A DNA stretch of 64,000 bases from the NCBI RefSeq assembly GCF_036321535.1, contig NC_087463.1, positions 16,802,001 to 16,866,000 of the forward strand. The letters are read 5' to 3'. The position numbers and the translations under genes are program-made. Source of the stretch: Camelus dromedarius (Eukaryota). The notes under the pieces were generated by a model. That model worked only from the letters and a program-made list of their open reading frames with translations, searched no databases and was not told the DNA's origin. Positions 49,853-61,140 of this stretch are shown here, one piece after another (the first letter of the stretch is position 1; each line of letters opens with the position of its first letter).

Positions 49853-50639
49853 CTGACTAAAACTAGAGACCACTGTGTGCTTTCAAGAAGTCAGATCAAA
49901 CACCATTTTGTAAAATTTGTAAAGATTAGAGGGAGCAGTGAAACGAGAATCTTTGCAACAAGAAGATCGTTGAACCATTAGAAACCAAAAGGCACTTTCT
50001 AAAGCAGTACTTTGATATAACCTCCTCTCTTGGGAAGGTTAGTTGTAATTCACCTCTGAGCAGTTAGCAGTGGAATGCAGGGCTGGCCCTCTGAGACATC
50101 CTCTTACCCCTCACTAATTTGCCCTCAGGTCTATAGATCTAAAGGTTCCCCAGGTTCCTGGAAAAATGGTGCTTGACAGATTGGAACTGTGACTTTGCTG
50201 TACACAAAAGAGCATATGCACATTCACCTTTCCTCTCCCAATCTCAAAGCTGAGCAGGCTCAACACAGTAAGTTCTGAGTGCTTTTCCAGTGGAGAGGGT
50301 ACGAGAGAAGACTCCATGAATTGATGGAAGAATTGAGGAAGGAAGAGGAGGGGCATCCTTAATTACACCCCAGCCCATTTCTTCTCCCTCCCAGGACTGA
50401 GCTACAATCATGCTTGTTCAGTGACCCTCATGATTCTTAGGGGTAATGAAATAAAATGTTGCCTCTAGTAGGCAACATAAATATGAGTCTGTTGGGCTCC
50501 TTGGAGGTACATCCCCTATATAAAATAGGTAGTCACTTCTCAGTCCATCTGACTGTTGCCATGTAGGAATGTGGAACCCCAAGATATCAGATGATGAAGA
50601 GACACAAAATAAAGGCGTGATTAAGAGGTGCTGGAAATA

Positions 50640-50730
50640 TGAAATTTTATATGAAATCTTTCCATTTTAAAATGTTGACAGCAGTGGCAGCCCAAAGAAA
50701 ATGTATCTGCAGGCTGGATGCAGCAACTTG
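50640..50730 (+). mobile_element. MER45-like hAT fragment
   Basis: gaaatctttccattttaaaatgttgaca...cccaaagaaaatgtatctgcaggctggat. Confidence 0.5.
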
Positions 50731-52399
50731 GATCCCCATTTTACAATATATACTTTAGAACTCTGCTTCTCAAAGTGTAGCCCACAGATCAGCACCTGTC
50801 CACAAACTGTTTCAATCTGCGGCAAGATAGGAAGCCAACAATAAACACCATTTAGTTCAGCTGAGATTTTCCTCCATAGTGAAAATTTCCATATATAGGA
50901 CACGGGGCACTGATTTATGTTCTGGCACTAGCTCTTTATGTCCTTATGGGTGACATTCTGCGGAGCATTACTTTAGAGATGAGCTTTCAGGGACCCTTCT
51001 CATGATGCTGTCTCGGACACTTGAATGGACCAGTACCTTGTCTCCTTGAAGCCCAGTACCCTTTGAGAGAGGGGAAACGGGAGAGGAGAAAGAATTCCTG
51101 TAAGCTCTAGAAAGTTGCTTGCAGAAGGCCCCTGACTAAGCCAGGGAAGTAGGACCTGCCTGTACTCCAGTGGATTCCAGTGTACAATGTGGGCGAGCAG
51201 GCGGTCAACCATCTGGATCAGTTACTCCTCCTCTCCCAGCATACCCAACACCTGTACTCTCTCAGTCACCTAAGAGTTTGGGGCTCATAGTTGGCCAAGA
51301 TATATTGCACGCCATGGATATTCTTTCTAGTAGAACTTGTTCTTGTTTATTGTCTGTCTCCTCATCACTGCCACCCTCTCCTCAGCCCCATCATAGGTTA
51401 CAAGTTCCAGGAGGAGGACAGGGTGTCTGGACAAGTGTCTAGTGAATGGTAGATACTCCACAAATGAATGAAAGATGTTACAGCAAAGGTGTATAAGACA
51501 GGTGCAAACATCATGCTAATTAGATAGATAAAACAACTTTTTAAAAATGTTTCCAGAAGCTGACATGTACCTTTCTTAGGAACTGTTGAGTATACCTTGT
51601 TTGCATGTTCAAGTCAAAAGAGATGTTGAATAGTCACTGAATATGCTATGAGAAATGCTTGAAGGCCAGGATATTTGTAAAAAAAAAAAAAAAGACTGAA
51701 GTTGGTAGATATGGGAAAAATTCAGAATGAGGGTTCCCAGACATTGAACTGGTAAATTACTGACTGACAGTCTTTTAAGAATAGATTAACCTATCTGAGG
51801 AAGTTCAAGGGAGATTCAGTCCAAAGGTGGAGGACCAGGGAATGACCTCAAGTCCTGTGCAAGCCTATGTGTGTGGCTAATGTTAGAGCAGAGAACAGAG
51901 ATATGACCATGAGTTTGTTGAATGACTGAGAAATTTAAATCTCCCTCTTCTTCACTAAAATTCCTAAAACTAATCCTGCTGATCAGTCATACTACTTTTC
52001 CTTCAGTCTCTTGACCTCCCTCATTGTCTCATAATTTTAGATCCATTATACTGGAGTTTCGTGGCCTTTTCTAGTATTTAGAAATTCACTATTTTTCTAA
52101 TCTCCTTAGTCTATCTCCTCATATTCTCAGCACTAGTGGAAGAAAGAGGTCACTCTAAATGCTTTTTGTAAGTCTTTATTCTACTCTTATCATTTAAAAG
52201 TTACTTCTTTTGAGACATATTATTAATATCATCCTTCCCAAAATTTCATCACCACCTTCTACCACAACCTTCCTCCAACTGCCTCAAAGGCTTCAATGTT
52301 TGGCTCAGAATTTTCTAGTCTGTTGTATTCCTGCCAGTGGCCATAATAAGTTCAGACCTATAACAGTCATTGTTATATTCATAATTATTATTCCTTCTA

Positions 52400-52810
52400 T
52401 TTATTGAGCATTTACCATGTGCCAGTCTCTATGCTGCCTCCAGTCTGCCCTATTGACACTGCTCAGGGCAAGAATGAAGTGTAAGTGGAGGGTAGAATGG
52501 TATTGGGACGAACACGTCAGGAAGAGAAAGAGTAGACAAAGAAAGAACATGTGCATTTCAGAATACTTGCAAGAACCTTCTTCCTCTCTCACATACAGCA
52601 GAGAGGTCAAAAAACATAAGCCTGAAAAGTGTCCATGGACTGGCAAGAACACTTTGGGTGAGTTTCAAAAGCCATTTCAATTGATTAGAGGAGCAAAAGC
52701 CAGCTATTAGTAGGTTGCAGAGTGAATGGGAAGTGAGAAAGTGAAAATGATATAAAGTTCTCTTTCAGGAAGTGTGGCTCTGGCAGGAAGGCGAGTGAGG
52801 CACTATTGAA
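52400..52810 (-). mobile_element. L2 3' fragment
   Basis: tttattgagcatttaccatgtgccagtctctatgc...ggttgcagagtgaatgggaagtgagaaagtg...tcaggaagtgtggctctg. Confidence 0.7.
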
Positions 52811-53009
52811 TTGTAATCAGCTTGTGCTCCTCTACCATCACCTGAACCTTCCCTGAATAGAGCTGAACTGGTCTTCTTGGCCTTATTTGAACAAAACCTC
52901 ATTTATTTTCTCTCAGATATGGAACGTGTGAAGGTTGTTTTAAATATTCATCCTGTTCTAATCACCTTCTCTCTATTCTGCCAATTCGATGACCCTTATG
53001 TTGCAGGAG

Positions 53010-53120
53010 GAGTGGCTAAATCTCTCTCTGGAGGTGTTTAAGAAGTGGATAGACATTACTGTTGGAAGGATTAAACTTTGGTTTAAACCAAATGACCTCT
53101 GAAGTCCCTTTCTCAATGGC
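53010..53120 (+). mobile_element. L3/CR1 3' end
   Basis: tctctggaggtgtttaagaagtggatagac...aaatgacctctgaagtcccttt. Confidence 0.6.
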
Positions 53121-54396
53121 AGAAGTTAATGCTTTTCAAGTTCCTCTATCTAAAATCAATTCTAAGTGGTCATATCAATCTCTTGACTGAGAAAGGACCG
53201 ATGTGTTCTTACACATATTCCCTATCTGGTATCAGATGTACACCCTGACTCCAGATACTTAGAAAGGCTACTGATGGCTTTCAACTTCATTGCCCCATTT
53301 ATATTTTGCTTTCGGTGCCAAAAAAGTCAAGAGGACCATACTCACATAGCACTTTTCTCATTAAACTCAAACATAAGCCTGAACCCACTACACACATACA
53401 CCTTTAGCACTCAAACCAATAACGACCTCATTTAATTCCAGCACAGAACAATGTCTTTCACTTAAAATTAATGTCTTGTCCACATAAAATTGAAATACAG
53501 AATGTAGCCTTCCTGATGTTAAGTAGAAAGCATAAAGGTGACTTTTAAGGAGATAAATTTATTCTGTCAGGGAAGGAATAAAATCTTTTGCTATTCACCT
53601 GTGACTTGAACACTCCTAAGCAATGAGTTCTTCCCTTATTTGTAACTAAATATGATGTGTCACTCAGCCTTCCCTTGCTGTCATGTGTTAAATTAAAATA
53701 TGTCATTAATGTATACACCGTTTCTGATCCTCACATGGTTAATGGCTCTGTGCTAAAAGACCAGGCAGTGTGCTGGCATCTGACAGTCACGCACACGGAA
53801 GAATATACTGCACGAATGGATAGGTGGTAGGGGACATAGCACTTTCAATTATTTAAAACAGCATAACTGCATCCCCTCCACTTACAGAGAGTATCAAGCG
53901 AGGCAGTACAAATTGTTTTGAGTTAATGGAATAATAAAGAATTACAAAGATCCACTAGAGATTTCTGGAAATAATATTATATAGAAATATTTGTGTTGTT
54001 TAAAAAGACAGTCCAGATTTTAAAATAGGAAAATATATTGGATAATTGAACAGAGAAGGCATATTTTCTCCAATGAATCAAAATCAGGAGTCTGCATTCA
54101 ATCTTCTGTTATCTATTTTCTAGAGGTGACGTGAGACAAATAAATTACACTGGTTATTCTGTCGAAGAAAAAAATACTTGGGGTGTGTTTTTGTTGTATT
54201 ACTCCACTGTAGATGCAACTAGCATTTGGTGAATAGCTAGTAGGTATCAAGTATTTTATTTAAGTATTTAATCCTTATAACAAACCTTCCAAGTGTATTT
54301 AGTATCATTGTCATCACCATCATCCCATTTTGCAGACAAGTAGAATAATCAATACTTGTTAAATACCAGGTATCCATTTTAATTCATTTACTACAA

Positions 54397-54501
54397 GGGT
54401 TGAGAGTATAGCTCAACTGGTACAGCACATGCTTAGTGTGCATAAGATTGTGGGTTCAATCCTCAGTACTGCCTCTAAAAATAGATAAATGAATAAACAT
54501 T
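54397..54501 (+). mobile_element. tRNA-derived SINE (camelid Vic-1-like) with 16-bp TSD
   Basis: A-box tatagctcaactgg and B-box gggttcaatcc, followed by an A-rich tail. TSD AATTCATTTACTACAA (54381-54396) / AATTCATTTTCTACAA (54502-54517), 15/16. Confidence 0.85.
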
Positions 54502-54824
54502 AATTCATTTTCTACAATGACTCTATGCGATAGGTACTACTATTACCATCATCACCATTGTTACCATCACTCCCTCAGACAGAGAAACTAAACAACAGAA
54601 CATGCAAATAACTGGCTTAAAGGCACCAGTATGTAAAGAACAAAGTCTATCCTGCCTCTCAGAAAGTAAAATGAGGCTCAGAGTGGACAGTTATCTCAAT
54701 GTCACATAGCTAAAGCAAAATTAAACTGAAATTCAAGCTCTTTTTTTTTTGTAATTTTTTTACTTTTTGTTATGAGATTATTCAGATACCCAACTAGAGA
54801 GAATGGTTCTATGAACGCTAAACA

Positions 54825-54905
54825 AGACATTATGCTGTACATCAGGAAACTGATACAACATTGTAAACTGACTATACTTCAATTTTTTAAAAAGTGAAAA
54901 AATAA
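54825..54905 (+). mobile_element. Young L1 extreme 3' end
   Basis: acattatgctgtacatcaggaaactgatacaacattgtaaactgactatacttcaat, then an A-rich tail. Confidence 0.85.
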
Positions 54906-54999
54906 AGGAATTTAACAAAAAAGACTTTTAGCCTCAAGTCTAAAACCCTTTTCCTAGAACATGTTTCATCCTATGAAATAGATGTATTTATCTCAGCAA

Positions 55000-55620
55000 T
55001 TTTTCATGCAGAGTTGGATTGTTGCTTTTAATTTTAGAGGTAATATTTGTTCATTATAAAACCATCTATTCAGAACAGAAGGTTTTGCCTCTATAATCAA
55101 CTTGTGCAGATCCTTCTAGACTTTCTCTACACACTATGTACATCTATAGATATATAATTTTTTTACAAAATGGAATCATACTAAACACACTCTTAAAAAC
55201 CTGCTGATTTTGCCCTTTAAATGTACCACGGATATACTGCCACTACAATGAACACTGATCTATAGCTTCATATTTATACTGATTCCATTGTATCAATAAA
55301 CCATCATTTACTTAACCAATCCCTTGTTGATAAACATTTATGTTTCTCAACGCTTTGTTACCGTAAAAACATTGTGGCAACTCTCCTACATTACAAATCT
55401 TTATATGCTTATAAAATTAATTCTTAGAATTTCCTGGAACATAATATATTCTCAGCAAATTTGTCAAATTATTGGATGGACGAAAAGTGAAACTGCTTGA
55501 TTAAAGAACTGGTAAATCTTATATTTTGATAGGTATTGTTAAATTGTCTTCCATAAAGGTAATTAACCCATTTTCTATTATTTGTAGCTTTTTTTAAGTT
55601 TGCTTATGGTTTAAATATTT
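55000..55620 (-). mobile_element. L1ME-like 3' fragment
   Basis: ttttacaaaatggaatcatacta...ttccattgtatcaataaaccatcatttacttaaccaatccc...ttttgataggtattg. Confidence 0.75.
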
Positions 55621-55669
55621 CAGGAAGTTTCAAATTTTTTACTTTGTGGTCCTGTCTTAGGGACAGTGT

Positions 55670-56060
55670 TGTGTGGAGTAAGAGTTCAACAGCTTCTGAA
55701 AGCCAGTTGCCAAAGTTTCAGGAATTCTGAGAATGAGCTGTAAAATACAGCCATTATTTTCAAATTACATGAATTTACAAGTAAATTACATTTAAAACAA
55801 AAGCAATAAATACTCAAAGCATACTAATTTTTAATTACTTTACTAAATGTTACTATTATGCTCTTGAAGTCAGTTATGACTACGGCACACAGACAGTGAA
55901 AGTATCACAGTCTTGCACTACTTCACATCTCCTCCCAACTCCACACTCGGTGACTACTATGGGAGCTTGAAATGGGTCACAGTAGTAGTATTGACACCAC
56001 AGAAATCACCAAGTGCTATAAATCAGGACTTGATTTTGTGCTGAAACTTGAGTTTTAAGG
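55670..56060. mobile_element. MER63-like hAT-Blackjack element
   Basis: aataaatactcaaa...ctattatgctcttga...tctcctcccaactccacactc...gcttgaaat...tattgacaccacagaaatc...aaatcaggacttgatt. Confidence 0.65.
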
Positions 56061-56326
56061 TAATAATTTATACAAGGGTGAGAATATTTTTTAATAAGCC
56101 ACACATAAGACTTAAAGACAATATATTTATTGGGAAAGGAATTAGCAGATTGAGATGCAACTCCATTTGTCAAATCATGGCTAAATACGGACTACAAATT
56201 CAAAGTTAGGGAAAAAAATCAAGAAAAAGGATTCTGAAAAAGTCAACCGACTATATAGAATAACATTTAAAATAAAGAGCATTGTGTATTTTTCTGTTTG
56301 TAAATTGTATGATATGCATCCTTAAT

Positions 56327-56466
56327 NNNNNNNNNNNNNNNNNNNNNNNNNNNNNNNNNNNNNNNNNNNNNNNNNNNNNNNNNNNNNNNNNNNNNNNNNN
56401 NNNNNNNNNNNNNNNNNNNNNNNNNNNNNNNNNNNNNNNNNNNNNNNNNNNNNNNNNNNNNNNNNN
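56327..56466. other. Assembly gap (140 N)
   Basis: Run of N. Confidence 0.99.
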
Positions 56467-56469
56467 GTT

Positions 56470-56690
56470 TAAGGTTTATATTTTGAGAAGTTTTCCCTCC
56501 ATAGACGCTCAAATACCACAGGTACTGTATTCTAAATTCCTATGTGTAGCTGGCTATTTCTGAAATTTGTGTTCTGTTTCATTGATCTTTCTTATTATGG
56601 CCTTAATACCATAACAATTAAATTATTATAGTTTTAAAATGCACTTAGTATCTAGAAGGGCAAATTCCACTCACTAGTTCTCCCAAACAA
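56470..56690 (-). mobile_element. L1 ORF2 fragment
   Basis: gctatttctgaaatttgtgttctgtttcattgatc...aataccataacaattaaattattatagtttta...agtatctagaagggcaa. Confidence 0.7.
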
Positions 56691-57029
56691 CCCAGTTATA
56701 CCAGAAGAACTTGAAAATCTCTTCCAACCTCCCTCCCAATAGTATTCCAGTGATATCTCCTCCTTTCATTCAGTTTTTATTTTATATTCATTGTTAGGAT
56801 CTTATCATTTTCTTCGTATTTGCCCTACACATTTTCAGTCTTCATGACTCTATATATATTATATATTATTGTTTTTATGTTATTTTCTATATGGCATTTT
56901 TCATATTTTTCTTTTTAAAAATTACTATTTATCACAGATATTTTACCACTACTTAGAACAATCACAAAACTCTTCCACCAAAAACCAAGTTAAAAAGGAT
57001 AGTTGCAAGCCATTTCCAACAAGAATGAT

Positions 57030-57215
57030 GGCTAGATCATTGTTCAACATCACAAAAGACAAGGAAGGGTCAGGAAACTGTCATAGATTGAAGGAGACTA
57101 AAGAGACATGACAATTAAATGCAGTGTGGGATCCTGGGTTGAATCCTGGAATAGAAAATGGACATTAGTGGGAAAATTGGAGAAATCTAAATAAAGTCTG
57201 TAGTTTCGTTAATTA
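57030..57215 (+). mobile_element. L1MC/ME-like 3' UTR fragment
   Basis: ggagactaaagagacatgacaattaaatgcagtgtgggatcctgggttgaatcctggaatagaaaatggacattagtggg. Confidence 0.8.
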
Positions 57216-58689
57216 AAAAGCATGATTGATGGGTAAAAGTTTTAATAGGACAGTTTGCAGGATAAAATTTCTGGGGCCATTAATGAAATTAGTTTTTGGA
57301 AAAGAGGTCAACTCTTCTTTTTAAATGTGAATATGCACACTTAAGTCATCTTAAGATGAAATAATTTGATAAATTTGAGTAATTTATTCCATGTTTTGGG
57401 CTTCTTCAATATGGCTAATTATAAAACAACTGGAAGTTCATACTGTTCTGTTAATAATATTCTTTTGACCACATTAGCATCTTGTAAGAGATTCTGCAAG
57501 TATACAGTTACTTGCCAAATGTGGGAATGTGAAGATTTTATGAGAACTTGAGTTAGATAAGCAAGCAAAAAATCGTAATTTACCATAAAGAACAACCACC
57601 ATACAATCCTGCGCTAAATGGCATCCAAAAAATTACCCTTTATCTCAAAGTAATATTTGTTAAATAAATTGTAGTTAACACTACCTTCATGATGAGCATT
57701 CCTTTTAGAAAGCATATTTAATAAATTACTGAAAATGTTCTAACAGAGGCATATAAGTTTAAATTCTGCACCCATCTTCACTATAGAATTTTCCCTACAG
57801 AGTTCTAAAGAATGAACTCCTATGACCTTATCATTTAATAAGCTTATATAGACTGGAGTGGTCCCATTCCACAGTAAGTTGCTAACATCAATCCTCTATC
57901 CTACAGTTTGGGTGGTCCCATTCCTCTCATTTGCCCCTAGGTAGGTGTGGGATCCACGTGACTGCTAGATAATAAATTTTAGCACATTTGATGGTAACAG
58001 GCTCAAATTTTTTTCTTTCCTTCTTTCAGGTAATCAAATATAAGGTATTCTGTGTCCTCCACAGGGTTTGGTAGATACCTCTCTGAAGTTTTCCCAGACC
58101 TATAATTACCTTTATTTCCTGTTCATAGGTAATGGCACCAAATGATGCACTTCTCATGTTTGCTCGTTAAGACCTGTAGCCAAACCTTTTTCAATGCTTA
58201 AAAGATTTCCTGTCTATTTTAAAAGAGTTGCTTTTATGTTTAAAAAAAAACTATTCATAGTTAAACAGAACTGTATAATTACATAAAAAACTACTTAAAA
58301 ACAATAAAAACCAAAGTTTGGTAAGTGATGCCTTGAGAGCAAGACAGTTTTAGCCACAAAAACCTAGGTTTGGATGAGACATTTTGCAATGGAAATGGTT
58401 AATCTTTTTTTTTTAAAGATCCCTTGATTAATAAAGCCATTTCTGGTAGAACTTCTTACAATCAGAAATTCTTCTAAACAGACCCTTGTTATGCCCAAAA
58501 CTCTGTTCTTTCTCCCACTACAGAACATCAGTCTTGTCTTTGTACCATTCCCAGAATTGGAAAAGAGGTGATAACCTCTGGTTATTCACTGATGCCTTAC
58601 TGGTTGCCTAACTAGGGTCTACTGACAGGAGTTGTGGCTATAAATCCAGAACACTGGGTCTGAATGGTTTAGTCTTTGTTAATAATTAC

Positions 58690-58880
58690 AATAATACCAG
58701 CTAGCATTTATAAGAGTTTTGCCAGACACTATTTGAAGTGCTTGCTGTACCATCTAATTTAATGCTGACAATGCCTTGAAAATCAGGTACTCTTACTATT
58801 ATCCCCATTTTACAGATGAGAAAATTGAGGCACAGAAAGGTTAAAGTACTTGCTCAAAATACCATAGTGGCCAAGCCATT
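58690..58880 (-). mobile_element. MIR SINE
   Basis: ctattatccccattttacagatgagaaaattgaggcacagaaaggttaaagtacttgctcaa. Confidence 0.9.
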
Positions 58881-60127
58881 CCATGTTCAGCCATCAGGAA
58901 TATCACTTCTGTTCTTCCCAGCTAGGTAATTTTCTCCAAGCAATTCAATTCCCAGTACATTTCTTCATCTGCCATTTGACTAGATGACATCAGTATTAAT
59001 GCCTGTCCCATCTACGTCACAGACTTGCTGGAAGGATCACATATCATGAGAAGGGAATATGTTTTTTTTTTTCTTCTTTGGGGCTACTATTAAAAATATA
59101 TAGAATATAGAATATATCACACATGGCAAGATCTAGCTATCTGGGTGGGAACTGAGTGCTTTCTAGAGTCAAATCAACATTGAAAACAGAGGCAGCTGAG
59201 GATTCTCCAGCCTCCTTGCCCCTCCCCCTTTTCCGTCCAGACTGGAGCCTCCATTGCCATCTCCTGGTCAGCCTCCACTGCCACCGCTCCTCTTCTGTAT
59301 GGTACATAGCTCACTGTAAAATGCAGAGTCTCCAGTGAACTACCTGGGTCCTCAGTTGACTCCTTTTATGAGCAAAGGAACTAGACTTCCTTTGAACACT
59401 TTTAAAGAAAACACACATAGAGCATATCATAAGGGTTTAAATAAACATGACGCTATGTTTGTCTGCCTGTCATTTCCTCTGCCTCTGCATCTTCTCTCCA
59501 TGACTGTTTCTCCTTCCTCCGTCTGCCTGGTTGTGGGTAGGAGACTCTCTCCAGGTGGTGCCTTCTCATCCTCTATAACCGTCTCCTTTGCCCTCCATCC
59601 CCTTTTAGGTCATATTAAGTGCTTATAATATTGAACTAATATATCACCTATTATAGACTCTATCTCAGAATAGCGTTTTCCTTGTTTAAGGAGAATCATG
59701 GAATATTCTAAATACCCACTTCCAAAAACAACTCCAAAACACCTTAAATTACTTACGATTTATTTGGCCCTCCATCACAATTTATTAGGCTCATTCCTGC
59801 AACATTTGGGAAAGGGGGGGTCAGGAGATACCTTGGAAAGTATCGCTTCTTCCATGAGGCCCCACCACGTCCCTCTCTCTTTCAGAGCCACGCAGCTGGA
59901 TCTGAGCTCTGCCAGAGGAGAGGCAAGAAACTGTTCTCCGCAAACCTCTTTGATTCTGCATACATCAATAGAGCCTCCCTCAGGGTTAGAGAATCAGGCT
60001 GAAAGGCTCATAATGTGTGTAACCTGTGATTCCTTCAGGAGCCAAAAAGAAGCTAAAGGGCCCGTATGCAGTAACTTAATTTGAAGGCAGATTGTGCTTA
60101 AGCATCTCAGAGCAGAAGTCAGCCCTG

Positions 60128-60275
60128 NNNNNNNNNNNNNNNNNNNNNNNNNNNNNNNNNNNNNNNNNNNNNNNNNNNNNNNNNNNNNNNNNNNNNNNNN
60201 NNNNNNNNNNNNNNNNNNNNNNNNNNNNNNNNNNNNNNNNNNNNNNNNNNNNNNNNNNNNNNNNNNNNNNNNNNN
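60128..60275. other. Assembly gap (148 N)
   Basis: Run of N. Confidence 0.99.
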
Positions 60276-60984
60276 ATGGGGAGCCAGAATTTGGGCTTGC
60301 TGATTTCTTGTATTACCCACTAAAATGACTGCAGTCTTTGTATTTACTTGAGAAGCACAGATCCATTTCTGAATATCTTCACAACTTTAAGTGTTTTAAG
60401 AAACTTTTTTTTAATACCATCTAGTTAATTGTACCATGATAGCTCCTAAATGGAACATTACATCTCTGTCAGTCTTAAACGCTGCTGGGGATATAACAGT
60501 TTGGGTCATATTATTATAATCACTTTTATTCAGAGCACTTGAAAGCTGAGAATTAAATATGCCTCAATTTGCTATCATTCTAACTATTACTTACTTTAGT
60601 GCTACGTAAATACTAAAGAAACCATCACCCCTGGTAAAATTATATTCTGAATTCTCTGATGATAGAATATAGGTTCAATGTGGAGACGCATCTTTCCTTG
60701 TTTTCTCTCTCTCTATTCAGTTAAAAATGGTTTCTCCGTAATGGCAAGCTTCTGTTGTGCACTAATTTTGAACTCTCAGTTAACAGGGAAAGAACTGGAA
60801 TAAAGGGAAAGGGAAATGGTATAACTACCTTCGTGTGTGGGAGCCATTACTCAATGCTAAATCCTATATGCACTCAACACATCAAGCCCAGAAATGGCCA
60901 GGTGACAGGAGAGAGACTGGGCAAAGAAAGTGGGCCTGAAGCTAGATCCTGCCGAGACGGGCCACTCCTTGTCCCTCTGCACGT

Positions 60985-61140
60985 GGTTTATCAACTAGCA
61001 GCTCTTCACACCAGCTAGGAGCTCTTTAGAAATGCAAAAGTTCAAGCCCCACCTCAGGCTGACTTACTAAAATCTGCACGTTAACAAGACCCTCCAAGGA
61101 TTCCTATGCACTTTCAAGTCTGAGGAGCCCTGTCTATACC
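60985..61140 (+). mobile_element. MER5A/B (hAT-Charlie)
   Basis: ttagaaatgcaaaagttcaagccccacctcagg...aaaatctgcacgttaacaagaccctcc...aagtctgaggagccctg. Confidence 0.8.

Larger units (their letters stand above)
54230..54960 (-). mobile_element. MIR fragments interrupted by a SINE and L1 ends
   Basis: catcccattttgcagacaag; cagacagagaaactaaac; aaaatgaggctcagagtggacagttatctcaatgtcacatagcta. Confidence 0.65.

Noticed and set aside
51153-51290. SLC26-like peptide DLPVLQWIPVYNVGEQ on the plus strand
   Set aside because: The similarity is limited to about 10 residues, there is no good acceptor, and the frame runs into an L2 remnant and stops.
54397-54470. Functional tRNA gene
   Set aside because: The cloverleaf is degenerate, and an A-rich tail with a 16-bp TSD and no clean T-run terminator indicates a SINE.
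13203-60275. N runs as deliberately masked exons
   Set aside because: The gap edges do not show AG/GT or AC/CT splice dinucleotides.
13136-60328. ORF-track entries consisting largely of X (13.1-13.4, 17.7-18.2, 20.6-21.0, 56.3-56.6, 60.0-60.3 kb)
   Set aside because: They are artefacts of translating through N gaps.
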